Assembly (NCBI RefSeq): GCF_009914755.1
Contig: NC_060937.1
DNA: 64,000 nucleotides
Source: the human T2T-CHM13v2.0 reference genome, Homo sapiens
Reading direction: 5' to 3' (one strand)
Shown here: piece after piece, positions 1-19,716 of the stretch
Position numbering within the stretch: the stretch's first letter is position 1
Layout: each line of letters begins with the position of its first letter
The notes under the pieces: model-generated
What the model was told of the DNA's origin: nothing
Database searches by the model: none
The model's input: the letters and a program-made list of their open reading frames with translations, nothing else
Made by a program: the position numbers and the translations under genes

Positions 1-441
1 ACTGAACTCAGGAGAGGATGGGAGGTGAGCAAATGTCACAGTGAAGGTAGATTATATTCTGAGGAATTATACATGACAAGGAAGAGACATATGTAGCTCC
101 AAATGTTCATGGCCTGCAGTGGTCAAGGAAGATTTTATTTTTAAGAAACATAAATATTTTTATAGATGCACAATTCCCAAACTGTGTTTTTGGAATACTG
201 TTAACAGGTGATACATGAAGAATTTATTTTCTAACCAATGAAGTCACAAAAACTCTGGATTTAATAAAGTAAAAGAGATTTCTGAACATCCATTAGTTTC
301 TCAGCAGCCATTGATGTGCTAATAAACATTGTTTATATCCAAAATAGGAAAAACAATATGCAGTGATTTCTAAATATTTTGGCAACTGACTGCTCTTTTC
401 CAAAACAAATCTATTAACTCCATAGTGTAAGAGACCATCTT

Positions 442-828
<387 letters not shown>

Positions 829-999
829 TTACAGCAGGGCTGATACCTCGCAGTTTGCTCACTCCCTTATTCATTGTTTGTGGCCAGAGGCCATTCTAAC
901 TAGTGTTAAATATCTTGACTGTCATTTTCATAACATCACAGTCCAAATATGAGTATTGAAGGAGATCATTATTGCAAGATTCTTTTAAATTTTTAAATT

Positions 1000-1200
1000 T
1001 TTTTTTAACTTTTATTTTAAGTTCAGGGATATATGTCCAGGTTTGCTACATAGGTAAACGTATGTCATAGGATTGTGTTGTACAGACTGTTTTCATTACC
1101 CAGGTACTAAGCCTAGTTATTTTTCCTAATCTTCTCCCTTCTCCCATCCTCTACCCTCAGACAGGCCCCAATGTGTATTTTCTCCTCTGTGTGTTCATTA
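1000..1200 (-). mobile_element. Old L1PA (about L1PA13-16) 3'-end fragment
   Basis: ttttaacttttattttaagttcaggg...caggtttgctacataggtaaac...acccaggtactaagcctagt is the reverse complement of an older L1PA 3'UTR. Confidence 0.8.
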
Positions 1201-1580
1201 ACATAGCGCCTGCTAGTAAACGTGTGTTATTAATAATTTCTTAATATTATTGCTGTTATTATCTGAAGGAATACCTTTAAGAAACCCTTGGGTAACATGA
1301 GTGTAGAACTATATTTGGAGGAGGAACGAGGGGGTAAGGAAGACACAGAAAGTTGAAAAAGAACAGTTTTGGATTGAGGGTTGATCATGTATCTTCCCTG
1401 TCCATACCCCTTGTTGCTTTTACTTGACCACATCATTTGTATTGGAACACTGTGCTGTTCAGGAAAGAAGTAGGATGACATTTAAAAACATGATATTTTT
1501 CTTTCTTCATTTTGTAGAAGCAGTAACGTGAAATCCGCATGTTCTAGGGGAAATAATAGTAGTCACTTAAGCTTATCAAA

Positions 1581-1753
1581 ACCAAATTAAAATTAAAATT
1601 GTTTTGAATCTGTTTTATTTACTGAAAATTTTAGAGACAAAGTACTATCATCTGTCTTCTCTACCTCATCATACTGCCAAGGCATTTACAAGTTAAACAA
1701 TAAAAATAAACAAAATCTATAACATATATATTATTTATTTACATATACACACT

Positions 1754-1758
<5 letters not shown>
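1581..1758 (+). repeat. Left copy of ~170-bp direct repeat flanking the L1PA5-like element
   Basis: accaaattaaaattaaaattgttttgaatctg...acatatacacact is repeated at 4030-4199. Confidence 0.93.
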
Positions 1759-4199
<2,441 letters not shown>

Positions 4200-4512
4200 A
4201 ATCCATGTTTTGAAGTTGGTCCACTATTATTATTTCTTTTTTTTTTTTTTTTTCAATTTGAGTGATTTTTTTTTCTTTTTTTTTTTTGAGTTTTTTTTTT
4301 TTTTATTATTATACTTTAAGTTTTAGGGTACATGTGCACGTTGTGCAGGTTAGTTACATATGTATACATGTGCCATGCTGGTGCGCTGCACCCACTAACT
4401 CGTCATCTAGCATTAGGTATATCTCCCAGTGCTATCCCTCCCCCCTCCCCCCACCCCACAACAGTCCCCAGAGTGTGATATTCCCCTTCCTGTGTCCATG
4501 TGATCTGATTGT

Positions 4513-8367
<3,855 letters not shown>

Positions 8368-8403
8368 TTAGTTGATGCAGTTTCTTCCTAGTCTCAATGG
8401 TCT

Positions 8404-9420
8404 TTACATTTTGGCATGATTTTGCAGCGGCTGGTACCGGTTGTTCCTTTCCATGTTTAGCACTTCCTTCAGGAGCTCTTTCAGGGCAGGCCTGGTGGTG
8501 ACAAAATCTCTCAGCATTTGCTTGTGTGTAAAGTATTTTATTTCTCCTTCACTTATGAAGCTTAGTTTGGCTGGATATGAAATTCTGGGTTGAAAATTCT
8601 TTTCTTTAAGAATGTTGAATATTGGCCCCCACTCTCTTCTGGCTTGTAGGGTTTCTGCCGAGAGATCCGCTGTTGGTCTGATGGGCTTCCCTTTGAGGGT
8701 AACCCGACCTTTCTCTCTGGCTGCCCTTAACATTTTTTCCTTCATTTCAACTTTGGTGAATCTGACAATTATGTGTCTTGGAGTTGCTCTTCTTGAGGAG
8801 TATCTTTGTGGCGTTCTCTGTATTTCCTGAATCTGAACGTTGGCCTGCCTTGCTAGATTGGGGAAGTTCTCCTGGATAATATCCTGCAGAGTGTTTTCCA
8901 ACTTGGTTCCATTCTCCGCATCACTTTCAGGTACACCAATCAGACGTAGATTTGGTCTTTTCACATAGTCGCATATTTCTTGGAGGCTTTGCTCATTTCT
9001 TTTTATTCTTTTTTCTCTAAACTTCCCTTCTCACTTCATTTCATTCATTTCATCTTCCATTGTTGATACCCTTTCCTCCAGTTGATCGCATCAGCTCCTG
9101 AGGCTTCTGCATTCTTCACGTAGTTCTCGAGCCTTGGTTTTCAGCTCCATCAGCTCCTTTAAGCACTTCTCTGTATTGGTTATTCTAGTTATACATTCTT
9201 CTAAATTTTTTTCAAAGTTTTCAACTTCTTTGCCTTTGGTTTGAATGTCCTCCCATAGCTCAGAGTAATTTGATCGTCTGAAGCCTTCTTCTCTCAGCTC
9301 GTCAAAATCATTCTCCATCCAGCTTTGTTCCGTTGCTGGTGAGGAACTGCGTTCCTTTGGAGGAGGAGAGGCGCTCTGCTTTTTAGAGTTTCCAGTTTTT
9401 CTGTTCTGTTTTTTCCCCAT
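8404..9420 (-). pseudogene. L1 ORF1 (338 codons) with two CGA>TGA stops at codons 110 and 130
   Basis: MGKKQNRKTGNSK...RSLRS* (TGA at 9091-9093), ...EMK* (TGA at 9031-9033); the frame continues to ...QNHAKM. Confidence 0.93.
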
Positions 9421-10311
9421 CTTTGTGGTTTTATCTACTTTTGGTCTTTGATGATGGTGATGTACAGATGGGTTTTCGGTGTGGATGTCCTTTCTGTTTG
9501 TTAGTATTCCTTCTAACAGACAGGACCCTCAGCTGCAGGTCTGTTGGAATACCCTGCCGTGTGAGGTGTCAGTGTGCCCCTGCTGGGGGGTGTCTCCCAG
9601 TTAGGCTGCTCGGGGGTCAGGGGTCAGGGACCCACTTGAGGAGGCAGTCTGCCCGTTCTCAGATCTCCAGCTGCGTGCTGGGAGAACCACTGCTCTCTTC
9701 AAAGCTGTCAGACAGGGACATTTAAGTCTGCAGAGGTTACTGCTGTCTTTTTGTTTGTCTGTGCCCTGCCCCCAGAGGTGGATCCTACAGAGGCAGGCAG
9801 GCCTCCTTGAGCTGTGGTGGGCTCCACCCAGTTGGAGCTTCCTGGCTGCTTTGTTTACCTAAGCAAGCCTGGGCAATGGCTGGCGCCCCTCCCCCAGCCT
9901 TGCTGCCTCCTTGCAGTTTGATCTCAGACTGCTGTGCTAGCAATCAGCGAGAGTCCGTGGGCGTAGGACCCTCCGAGCCAGGTGTGGGATATAGTCTCGT
10001 GGTGCGCCGTTTTTTAAGCTGGTCTGAAAAGCACAATATTCGGGTGGGAGTGACCCGATTTTTCAGGTGCGTCCCTCACCCCTTTCTTTGACTCGGAAAA
10101 GGAACTCCCTGACCCCTTGCGCTTCCCAAGTGAGGCAATGCCTCGCCCTGCTTCGGCTCGCGCACCCACTGGCCTGCGCCCACTGTCTGGCACTCCCTAG
10201 GGAGATGAACCCATTACCTCAGATGGAAATGCAGAAATCACCCGTCTTCTGCGTCGCTCATGCTGGGAGCTGTAGACCGGAGCTGTTCCTATTCGGCCAT
10301 CTTGGCTCCTC
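9421..10311 (-). promoter_or_regulatory. L1 5'UTR: internal sense promoter (YY1 site intact) and antisense promoter
   Basis: CpG-rich. YY1 motif CAAGATGGCC reads on the minus strand at ~10295-10304. Length ~890 bp indicates the ZNF93-binding 129-bp segment of older L1PA is absent. Confidence 0.85.
9876..10091 (+). CDS. ORF0: LINE-1 ORF0 (71-aa antisense ORF of the primate L1 5'UTR), reading frame intact
   Basis: MAGAPPPALLPPCSLISDCCASNQRESVGVGPSEPGVGYSLVVRRFLSWSEKHNIRVGVTRFFRCVPHPFL*; ATG context GCAATGG; expression not shown. Confidence 0.85.
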   Translation: MAGAPPPALLPPCSLISDCCASNQRESVGVGPSEPGVGYSLVVRRFLSWSEKHNIRVGVTRFFRCVPHPFL

Positions 10312-10404
10312 CCACTATTATTATTTCTTAACAAAACTTAACTAGTGTTAATCAAAAATTTTAAAGCCTGGGGTTTACATTCAACACTGCTTTATAGAGA
10401 CAGA

Positions 10405-10630
10405 CAACATATTGCAGTGGAGGAGCATATAGACTTTGGAGCCAGATTGTCTGGCTCTGCCATTTACAAGCTCTGTGACCTTGGGCAACTTACTTAATCT
10501 CTCTGTGCTTCAGCTTCTTCATCTGTAAAAACTGTGGTAATTTAGAACCTATTCTATACAGTTATCATGATGATTTAATAAGTTAATATTTGTGAAGTGC
10601 TTTAAGATGTGCCTGACACAGAGGACTTAT
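10405..10630 (+). mobile_element. MIR SINE
   Basis: Core gctctgccatttac...tgtgaccttgggcaacttacttaatctctctgtgcttcag...catctgtaaaa. Confidence 0.85.
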
Positions 10631-12204
10631 TTTATAAATAGTCTGTGTTAAACATAATATATACAAGATTGAGTCTGCTAGGATGAAAAATACAGATTTA
10701 TAATTTTTTTTCCTTCCTGATCTAAACATTGCTAGGCAATTGGAGGATTATGAACACCAACCCAAGTTGCATTTCTTGTCAACCTGCTTTCGATGCGTTA
10801 ATCCGAGGAAGGTTGCAATGGCTTGTGAGATGATGACACTGATGCCCTCGTGCTGCTGCAGCCTGACTCTCTATGGTTGATTCTGTCTGCATCACTTTAG
10901 GAGTAAAAGATTAAAACAACAAAAATCTAGATTTTTTTCCTCAGGTTTCATGAAAGCATAATGTTTTACTTTCACATTGGATCAGATAGTAGCCTAGGGC
11001 ATCTACATTCACATTGTGTCCTGATTGCTCATGTGAAAGCTAAAGTAACACCACTTTCTTTATCATAAGGTGATGAGACTTGTCACCCCGCTTTATGAAC
11101 AGCAAATTCTTAGCTCAGGGAGCAGCCAGGGGCAGGTCATAAAATAAAGGATTACAGAGCAAAGATATTAGTGAAAGAGAAGCATCAGCGTTTCTTACTG
11201 TATTTAACTCAAAGACGATGAGGTCTGCCTGGGGAGCTAATACCACTTAACTGTGTTTGGGCAAAAAGCCAAAAGGAAATTGTATTTCAAAGAGGGAAGG
11301 TCTGGCATTCCATATGCTGGGTAATCCCAGTCAGTTAACAGGGATGTATGGCCATTTATCACAGAAAATGAAGGCTAAAAAGAAACTTTTATGTGAAAGA
11401 ACACAATGTTGATATAGTTTGAAGCTGAAGGACAATTGATAACGTATCAGGTCTTTAAATTATTCAAGTTAAAATAGTTGAGAAACAGAACTGGCATCTT
11501 TGTGGACCAAGTCTCACATAAACTTAGTTTGTACCCTGTATTAACTGAACCATAGAACCAGTAATGGTGATCATGACAAATAAATAAATCAAATGCATTC
11601 CAGAAGCCCCCTTAGAGTTCCAGAGAGCCAGGGCTGTCCTTGGGGAAATCTTGTAGTTCAAATCAACTTCTGCCTAAAGAAGGTGTATTGGAGGGTAAAA
11701 TGCAGTTAAACCTATTGTCTCAGATGTGTTGGGGTAGACTGTGCTCAAATATTTCTAACTTTGTAGTACTGGTTAGAAAGAAGGATGTCATCTTCTATAT
11801 GCTTTCTTGAGTCACTGAAGAGCTTAGACCAGTTGCCCCAGGTGGCCGTACTTTAAGGATAGCTTCAAGATATGGAATACCATAAGCTGGCTGCCATGTT
11901 TCCTCCTAATTTGCCAATTTGTTTCTCCTGTTCTTTCTGCTCCTGGTGAGTTCTTAGAAGCCACTAGACAACCTGTGCAGCTAATGATCAAATATTGTCC
12001 AGCTCTGGCCTTTGGATGTCTTTCCCAGCTTCTGGTCCTTTCCTGCTAGTCACTTGGGCTGCTTTTGTCCCTGCCATTAGAGCCCTCACTCAGTACATGC
12101 TTAAATACAACAGTCATGATACCCTTTTAATTGAGGGTGAACTGTCTGATTTCTTACATATACCTACAAACACCTGAGGATGGCATTTAAAACATCTTAT
12201 TGTC

Positions 12205-12545
12205 TGACCTGGTTTGGCTGTGTCCCCACCCAAATCTCAACTTGAATTGTGTCTCCCAGAAATCCCATGTGTTGTGGGAGGAATTGAATCATGGAGGTTG
12301 GTCTTTCTTGTGCTATTCTCATGATAGTGAGTAAGTCTCATGAGATCTGATGGGTTTATCAGGGGTTTCTGCTTTTGCTTCTTCCTCATTTTTCCCCTTG
12401 CTGCTGCCATGTAAGAGGTACTTTTCATTTCCCGCCATGAATCTGAGGCCTCCCCAGCCATGTGGAACTGTAAGTTCAACTAAACCTCTTTTTGTTCCCA
12501 GTTTCGGTTATGTTGTTATCAGCAGCATTAAAATGAACTAATATA
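12205..12545 (+). mobile_element. THE1A-like MaLR solo LTR
   Basis: tga..tggtttggctgtgtccccacccaaatctcaacttgaattg...gaggcctccccagccatgtggaactgtaag...aactaatata; 5-bp TSD TTGTC at 12200-12204 and 12546-12550. Confidence 0.92.
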
Positions 12546-12866
12546 TTGTCCCATTTGTAAATATATGTGTGCCATATTCTTTATGATATTACTTTATCTG
12601 TTTTTTAATTTCATTGCCATCCAGAGACTTTTTCTCAAAATCCTAGTTATTTAAATCTTCTCATAGTTCTCCCATGAATTGGATTATTTGTTAGCATAAT
12701 AGAATGCAGGGTAGAGGATCTAAAGTGCCTATATAGAAAGCCTTGTGTTTTAATTTTATTTCTATGAATTCATTTGTGTATTCATTCAGCATTTATTTAT
12801 TGATTCTGGAAATGTATTTGAGTAAGGAAACAAAAATTAACATAGTATATCCACAATCCTTAATTG

Positions 12867-12867
<1 letters not shown>

Positions 12868-12907
<40 letters not shown>
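12868..12907. repeat. (CA)n microsatellite
   Basis: About 20 uninterrupted CA units. Confidence 0.97.
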
Positions 12908-12911
<4 letters not shown>

Positions 12912-15900
12912 CACATACACACATGTTTTGAGGGCAAAGGCAGCCACAGTTTACAGTAAAGTCTACTTGTGAGCAAATTCAGCTGACTATCCATGTGGTT
13001 CTTATGGAATTATTAAGGATATGGATTATTGGTTTTAAGATTAAAAAAGAGTTTGTTTCCACATCTGCTTAGTTGTCAGAGATCCAAATTCACACTAAAC
13101 TCAAGAGTTTCTGTTGTCATAAAAGGGAGTTTGTTAGGACAAGGCAAAGTCCTTAGAAGACATTTAGACACTTGAACATTCTGTCAAAGTCATCAGTCAG
13201 CTCCTGCTGCCACTGGGGTTTCCATTTTTCATATTGGCATTCACTTCATGAGAAAGAACTGCCATCCTCATCTCTAAGCGTGTCCTGGAACGGGACTGAG
13301 TTAGGGCACTTGTCCTCTCTGACTTCATATGCCAGTCATAGAATAGGCAATGGCATGGATTATACTGATTAATTCATGAGCTAGCTTCTCCTGCATGTGG
13401 GAGGAGTGAACACCTGAATGAAAATCTGGACAAAGTTAGGAAATAGAATAGGGAGGCAGATGCTGAGTGGACGACATGCTGATTTCTGGCACTTCCTTGC
13501 AAACTGCAACTAGGATCTAGCTCTTTCAAACCTCAGTAGAGAAATGAATATATCTCTCATTATTTATGATTCTTTCCTTAGATTTGTTGATGTTTGACTG
13601 TGACAGCCACGAGTTGCCTTTCTTGTGTTACAAAGTTAGATGTGACTTGACTGAGCTTTTAGTATAGTAAATTGTAACTGCTTTTAAATTTCAAGGTATG
13701 CCTTAGGATGAGTGTCTGTGGAGGCTTTTGCTTGTATCTTCCCAGCTTCATCTGTGAATGACAATCTTACACACTCTTCAAGGCTCACTTGGCCCGTTTC
13801 TGCCGTGGAAAGTCATCACTCTTCAGCGCTTACAGCACTTCCTGCTTGTCATTCCCTCTGTTTCTCAGTGCTGAATCCTTTTATTTTTTGGCATTCTTTG
13901 GCATACTTAAACCCACCACGAGCAGATAGGACAGATGCTGTAAGCAATTCCAGGTTGGCATTTGGTGTGAGCTACAGGGAGGGAAGGCATGGAAACAGGA
14001 AATCTTAAGTGCTGGCAGAAGAGTAACTGTGGGACTAACGGATTTATCTGATGATTCCTGTAATAACTTGGTAAGGAATAAGAAAGCAAAACACTTAGAA
14101 TTTTGAAAAGAGGGTGTAGAGACCTGGATGATGTCAAGGTTGTGGCTAGTGAATAAATTTAGAGCTTCAGATCGTTGGAATAAAAGAGCATTTGAGGAAC
14201 AGTTGGAGCCGGCAAGCTATGCCAGGGCCAGCTAGTAGGAGAACATTTTCATTTGTGCTTCTATGAAGCAGTGAAAAAACTCATTTCTATATGAAAGGCA
14301 TCCAAACTGCAAAAAAATAATTGCATATTACTTAATATCCCACGAACATATATCTATTTTACATCCTCAAAGCTCTTCTTCAACATTAACTCGTATGTTT
14401 TATTTGGAACCAAATCAATGCATGATAGAAATATTTTTTAAAGTTTTTAAACAGCTCTGTTTAAATATCAGTTTTCCATAACGAAAATCTTGTTCTTGCA
14501 CCATGAGAGGGCTTCCATATAATCATTTTTTAAGGAGTGTAGAAAGTGTTATGCTTAAAAATAGACAATGAGCACTAAGAACATTAAGTTTGTAACAGCA
14601 ATTCTAAGCTGTTTCTTCCAAAACTGTTGCCCAATCTCTCCCACAGGAAAGCCTTGTACAACATGTCACACTCAAGACATTAATCCATGTGGATGTGTTA
14701 GAAATTACACCTGAAAATGGCAATGACCTCAGTCTAGGTCTGTGATGCACTGTTGTGTTAACAAGAACTTTTTGTTACTTTATGCACATTTTCTGTACTA
14801 TCTGAGAGATGCCAGTATCTTATCCACACACGAGAACTTTATTCTAAATATTTGTAAATTTTCCACCTGCAGTCAGTCAATTATTATAAATAAGATGAAA
14901 AACACTTGTACTGTTTCCTGTAACCAATACATTGTTTAATTAAGGAGGATTGCTAAGCCTGAAAACATAAAGATAGTTGGTAGTGGGTTTTGAAGTCATA
15001 GAGGACATTTTCTAAAATGCTTAAATCTCACACTTCTGGGTACCAATTTGATTCAGACTCCTCTAAAGAGAAATAGCACTCTGGGGGAATAATCAGCCCC
15101 AAGAACTATACCTATTAGAAAATCTCTCACCTTATATAAGGTAGAGAACCAGAAGTGGTGAGAAAACTTCCTTCTGTGAAGGAATCAGGGCTTGAGGTCC
15201 CATACTCTTATTTCTAGAACAGAAATTACTTTGCAAAATTTTCTACGAAATCTTCCCTAAATTTCAGACTGTCAAAGTTGACATAAAAATGAGTAATAGT
15301 TTTTTGTTTTGTTTTCTTTGTTTGTTTGAAATTTTGCACAACTTTATCCATTCAGAAATGTGGGTGTTGAACCACAAAACTGATAGAGTGCCTTCCAAAT
15401 ATTAACTGAAATATGTATTAGAAAAATTAAGAAGTGACAAAAAGAAGAGTTTACTGCATCTTCACATTTCATGTGAGACACTGAGTTCGTCTCCACATAA
15501 ATGGAAGCAAAATAAGCTGAAACACAAACAAACCTGTGGTTTCAATTCGGCTTGTGGACCACCAGTTTGAAATATCTAAATTACTGCCTTGACTTCATAT
15601 CTTTACAAATGTTTCATATAAACCAGAAATTACTTAACCATAGTAGTAGTCTTTTCACATAATTCTTTTTTACAGTTTTCAGATAACTAAAGCAACATTA
15701 TATCCATGTTTAATAATTTGAAATGCTCACTTCTAGTAGAATGTAGAATAGTATATATTAAAGAGTGTTAACTTGAAGATCAGAGATTTTATGCTAGAAT
15801 ATATATTGGTCTTTTAAAATGTTTCTTCCTCAATCTAAAGTAATAGACCCAGGCACATTTAAAATCTTCAGGCTTTCTGTATATCTAGTTCATTAAGTAG

Positions 15901-16039
15901 CAATATGTTCAGTTGTGAGAAATTGTTACTTTTCAAGGTAACAATGTAGATCCCAAAAGCCCTGGTTAACAGTTCTTAAACATAAACACAAAACAGGACA
16001 AAAACAAAACAAACAAAAATAAATCAGTTCTCCAGAAAA

Positions 16040-16104
16040 AGAGAGTGAGAGGGAGGGGGAGAAAGAGAGTGAGAGCGAGAGAGCAAGAAAGAGAGAGAGA
16101 GAGA
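16040..16104. repeat. GA-rich simple repeat
   Basis: gagagtgagagggagggggagaaagagagtgagagcgagagagc...gagagagagagaga. Confidence 0.85.
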
Positions 16105-16509
16105 AATTTCACTAATGTAATGAATATGCCCCACATACTTTGTAAATAACAATATTTTAAATATAAATTCCATATAGCCAATGGACTCTTACAGAATGTG
16201 TTCTTCAATTTTTGCCAAACTCTTACATCTATACCCAACCTGTGGTTTTAATTGACTAACAAGTGTAGTTTGAATGTTGGTTGATGTTTTTGTTTACATT
16301 AATGAGAAAGACAAATGTGAAATTACCAAGATGTGTTGGAACTTCATTTGTTCATCAGTGATGTGAGTAACTGCTGAATTGGATAATAGTTTTGGAACAC
16401 TGGAAGAATATTTCTTCAACATTTTTTATGCTATTCACAGTGTGACAGCTATAGAGATAGTATGTTATAACGTTTTTCTGTATTATTATCATGCTTTCTG
16501 CTTCTTAGT

Positions 16510-16790
16510 CTAGACAATCAGCAAAACAATAAACAAAGCCCTGATTTGTAATATTTGCCAATTTCCATGGGGTAAATGCTCCTACCACGGTTAGCTTCAA
16601 GTTAGCAATGTGATGTCACTGTATGTAGAATTAGGAAGGGCTGCGTGTAGCACATTATTATATAATATTTCTACCAGATACTATAGATGTAACTAACTTC
16701 AAAAGCATAGGTAATAATAAAATGTACTAAAATAATTATGAAAAAAGTTTAAAATTTTAAAAAAAGAAGAGTTTAAACATTTGCCAACTA
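16510..16790 (-). mobile_element. MER63-like hAT DNA transposon relic
   Basis: aaagccctgatttgtaatatttgccaatttccatggggtaaatgctcc...; resembles the reverse complement of 44510-44850. Confidence 0.6.
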
Positions 16791-17124
16791 ATTTATTGTA
16801 GATAAGGTTGCACTTTGGCAAAACTATGAAGTAGATAGAAAATATTTTTGTAATCCATTCATTGTTTTACCTCCCTTCCATACATCCTCACCATGGGCAT
16901 ACCATCATGTATCATTTAGGACTACTAGTTATCAATTCATGTACATCATCTCATTTAATGTGCACCCATTTTATAACAGGAAAGTTGAGTCTCAGGGAAG
17001 CTTATTGCTACCAAGTTCTAAATTACAACTATGACAAATACTGCACATCTTTGTTGTCTCACACAAGTTTATTTCTTGCTCACACAAGTTATTTGTTGCT
17101 GTGGGTCTGGGTGAATCTTTAGGG

Positions 17125-17340
17125 CAGCAGTTAGCACAATTTTCTATAAAGGACCAGACAGTAAATATTTTAAGCATTGCTAGCCAAAGGGCAACATTGA
17201 GCAATAATCTCGCTGCAGGGATAGCAGTTATTTTCATATTTCACTTTTCAAAATGTAAACACCATTTTTAGCTGGTGGGCCACAGAAAACAGGCTGCAAG
17301 AGGAATTTTTCCTCTAGGTCAGTGTTTGCTGACTCCTGCT
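17125..17340. mobile_element. MER58-type hAT-Charlie relic
   Basis: ttttctataaaggaccagacagtaaatattttaagc...tgtttgctgactcctg. Confidence 0.7.
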
Positions 17341-18054
17341 CTTAGATAGCAGTCCTCAACATGGACATTGGTGAATGGTGATAATGCCTGTTATTGCTGG
17401 ATATTCCATTTGTGTGTATATCGGAATCTACTACTGGAAGCTGTAGCAATGGAATCTTATGTGGTGGGGGGACTAGATGAGAGAAAGCCATAGTAAGAAT
17501 TCTAGGGCTTGAGTGGTACAGCATTGACGGAAGCTGTCATCTCTATCAGAAAGAGAAAAGTGAATGCTAATAACCTCAACTACTTTGTGTTAAGTATAAT
17601 GTTTTAAAATAGAACCAGTTACAGAGAGGTTGTGACATTTTTGGTGGATGACATTGACATTTTCATATTTAGACAATATGAGATATAGTATATAATCACT
17701 TGTAATTTTTGAGAAATAAGATAAACCCTTTAGATTTAGCACCTTCCTTTCTAATACAACATTCTTCCGAGAAAAAAAGTTTGATATTTTGCCTTTTTGA
17801 TTGTTTTTTGATTAAATGCTTAAGGAAAAATTACAAAAAGTGCATTTTACTTACTTTTCAAACTATAAAGAAAGAGTACAACATTAAGGTACTGGCGGGT
17901 TTTGAGTAGGAGAGAGAAAATGATCAATTCAACTGCAAAACATAACACCTTTGATTCAATAATCCTGTTAGATTAAAATTAAAGATGTGGAATGTGTTAA
18001 AAACAAAGACAGATGTTATTTTGATATATGGTTTAAAAGTTGATTTTCCCTTCA

Positions 18055-18140
18055 AAAGTTATTAGAATTAGCAAATAAGAATATAGGATGCCTGATTAAA
18101 TATGAGTTCCAAATATTGAACAGGACATACTTACACCAAC
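18055..18140 (+). mobile_element. MER53-like fragment
   Basis: ttagcaaataagaatataggatgcctgattaaatatgagttcc...ggacatactta. Confidence 0.5.
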
Positions 18141-18539
18141 AACATCCTAAACATATATAATATATGACACATACCTTGGGTTCTCTCAACCCCTTCTCCC
18201 CACTTCTGTATGATTTACAGAGCATCCTGCATATTCTGCCAACACATTATAAAAATAAAAACAACATAGTTTTTTTTTTTTTTTTTTTCTGCTTTCCCTC
18301 ACTGGATTGTAACTTTTTTGGGGTGAAACCTGGGTCTTATTCATCATTGTATCTTTAGTGATAAGCCCATATTTTGTTGCAGTAAAGGTACTTTATTAGT
18401 ATTAAATGAATGAATGCATTGGCTCAAATAGCTGGAGGGAAGGATAAAGGTCAGAAATCTTGAGGTGATAATAATTATTCTTAAAAAGAAAAATAACATT
18501 TCCAATAGTATAATAAAATAATTACCAATAATTATCTAA

Positions 18540-18740
18540 AAAAAACAACAACATTGAGTTCCTACTATCTGCCATTCACATGCCAAAGAAATTTTCTGTA
18601 TGGTGTTTAGTCCTCTGACAACCTCAGGAAACTGAGCATCAGAAAGGTAAAGTTATTTGTTCCTGTTCATATTACTAGTAAATATATAGCCAGGTACAAG
18701 TCAAAGTTATGTCTAACCCTAGTGCTGTTCTCTTACACAG
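18540..18740 (-). mobile_element. MIR fragment
   Basis: attgagttcctactatctgcc...ggaaactgagcatcagaaaggtaaagttatttg. Confidence 0.6.
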
Positions 18741-19014
18741 TACAAATCTGTACCTCTTTGAGTGTGAAACAAACCATGACAGTTTAACAAAATAATGGGC
18801 CAATGTAATAATATGTTGTGTTGCTGTAGTTTATTTTGAGACATATTTGATGGAAACGGATGTGAAAGGAATACAAAGGTAGTTGATCTGGAGTTCAGAT
18901 TGCATTAAACATAGCATAATATTTACAGCCATGTTATGGTGATACAATTAATATAGTAGTATATTAGTCAAAATGTCATATTAGCAGGGGCCTAAGAGAA
19001 GCCCTTGGCCTTGC

Positions 19015-19716
19015 TTTAGCCTCATTTTTTGCAGTAGTTATGATCTGTAAACTAGCTGCACACTGGATTGCCAAATATTGAACTTTTGCTCCTGGGGGAA
19101 ATACATGGTTAGGTCCCCTGTAAGTCTCTAGTTACACTATTTTCATTAGCTTATTAGCATACATCCTTGTTTTATGTGTGTTACTGTTTAAAAACTCTCA
19201 TTCTCTCTCTCACACGCGTGCACACACACACACACACACAGAGACAGAGAGAGAGAGAGAGAGAAAGAGAGATTAACATTGCACTTACAGCCAGTGGCAC
19301 TCAACCAACACTCTAACTCGTCTGAGTGAAGCTTATCTGACATGCATATTTTCTTATAAGGTTCATCACTGCCTTCTGCTTAGGGACATTAGACAGCAGT
19401 TCAGCACTACAGCTGGGGGCCATTTTAAACAGTGAAATCACCAAGGAAAAGCACAAAAATGCAAAAGAATTTATATATGGCACTAAATAGACCATGAAAG
19501 GGGCACTTGTTTAAGTGTGACAATTGAAACAAGGCAAAGCATTGCTTTGTTTGTCCTCAGCTGGGAACATGTGTATCAGATGACTCAAACTGCTTGCTGC
19601 TCTGCACAGGTTAGTGAATGACTATGAAAGTGCTGTATTACTTTGGGACATAGGAATAAATTGTAGTGAATAAGAAGATTTGCAAAACAGGACCTGCAAA
19701 CATTGAGGACTGCCTG
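19015..19716 (-). mobile_element. MER82 (TcMar-Tigger) element with an internal (CA)n(GA)n microsatellite at ~19203-19272
   Basis: gggggccattttaaacagtgaaatcaccaa...cacaaaaatgcaaaa...ggcactaaatagacc...cctcagctgggaacatgtg. Confidence 0.8.

Noticed and set aside
17058-17100. Short tandem duplications (ctcacacaagtt x2; also ~21449, ~27603, ~47261, ~53499)
   Set aside because: Ordinary 8-21 bp slippage duplications with no shared motif or spacing.
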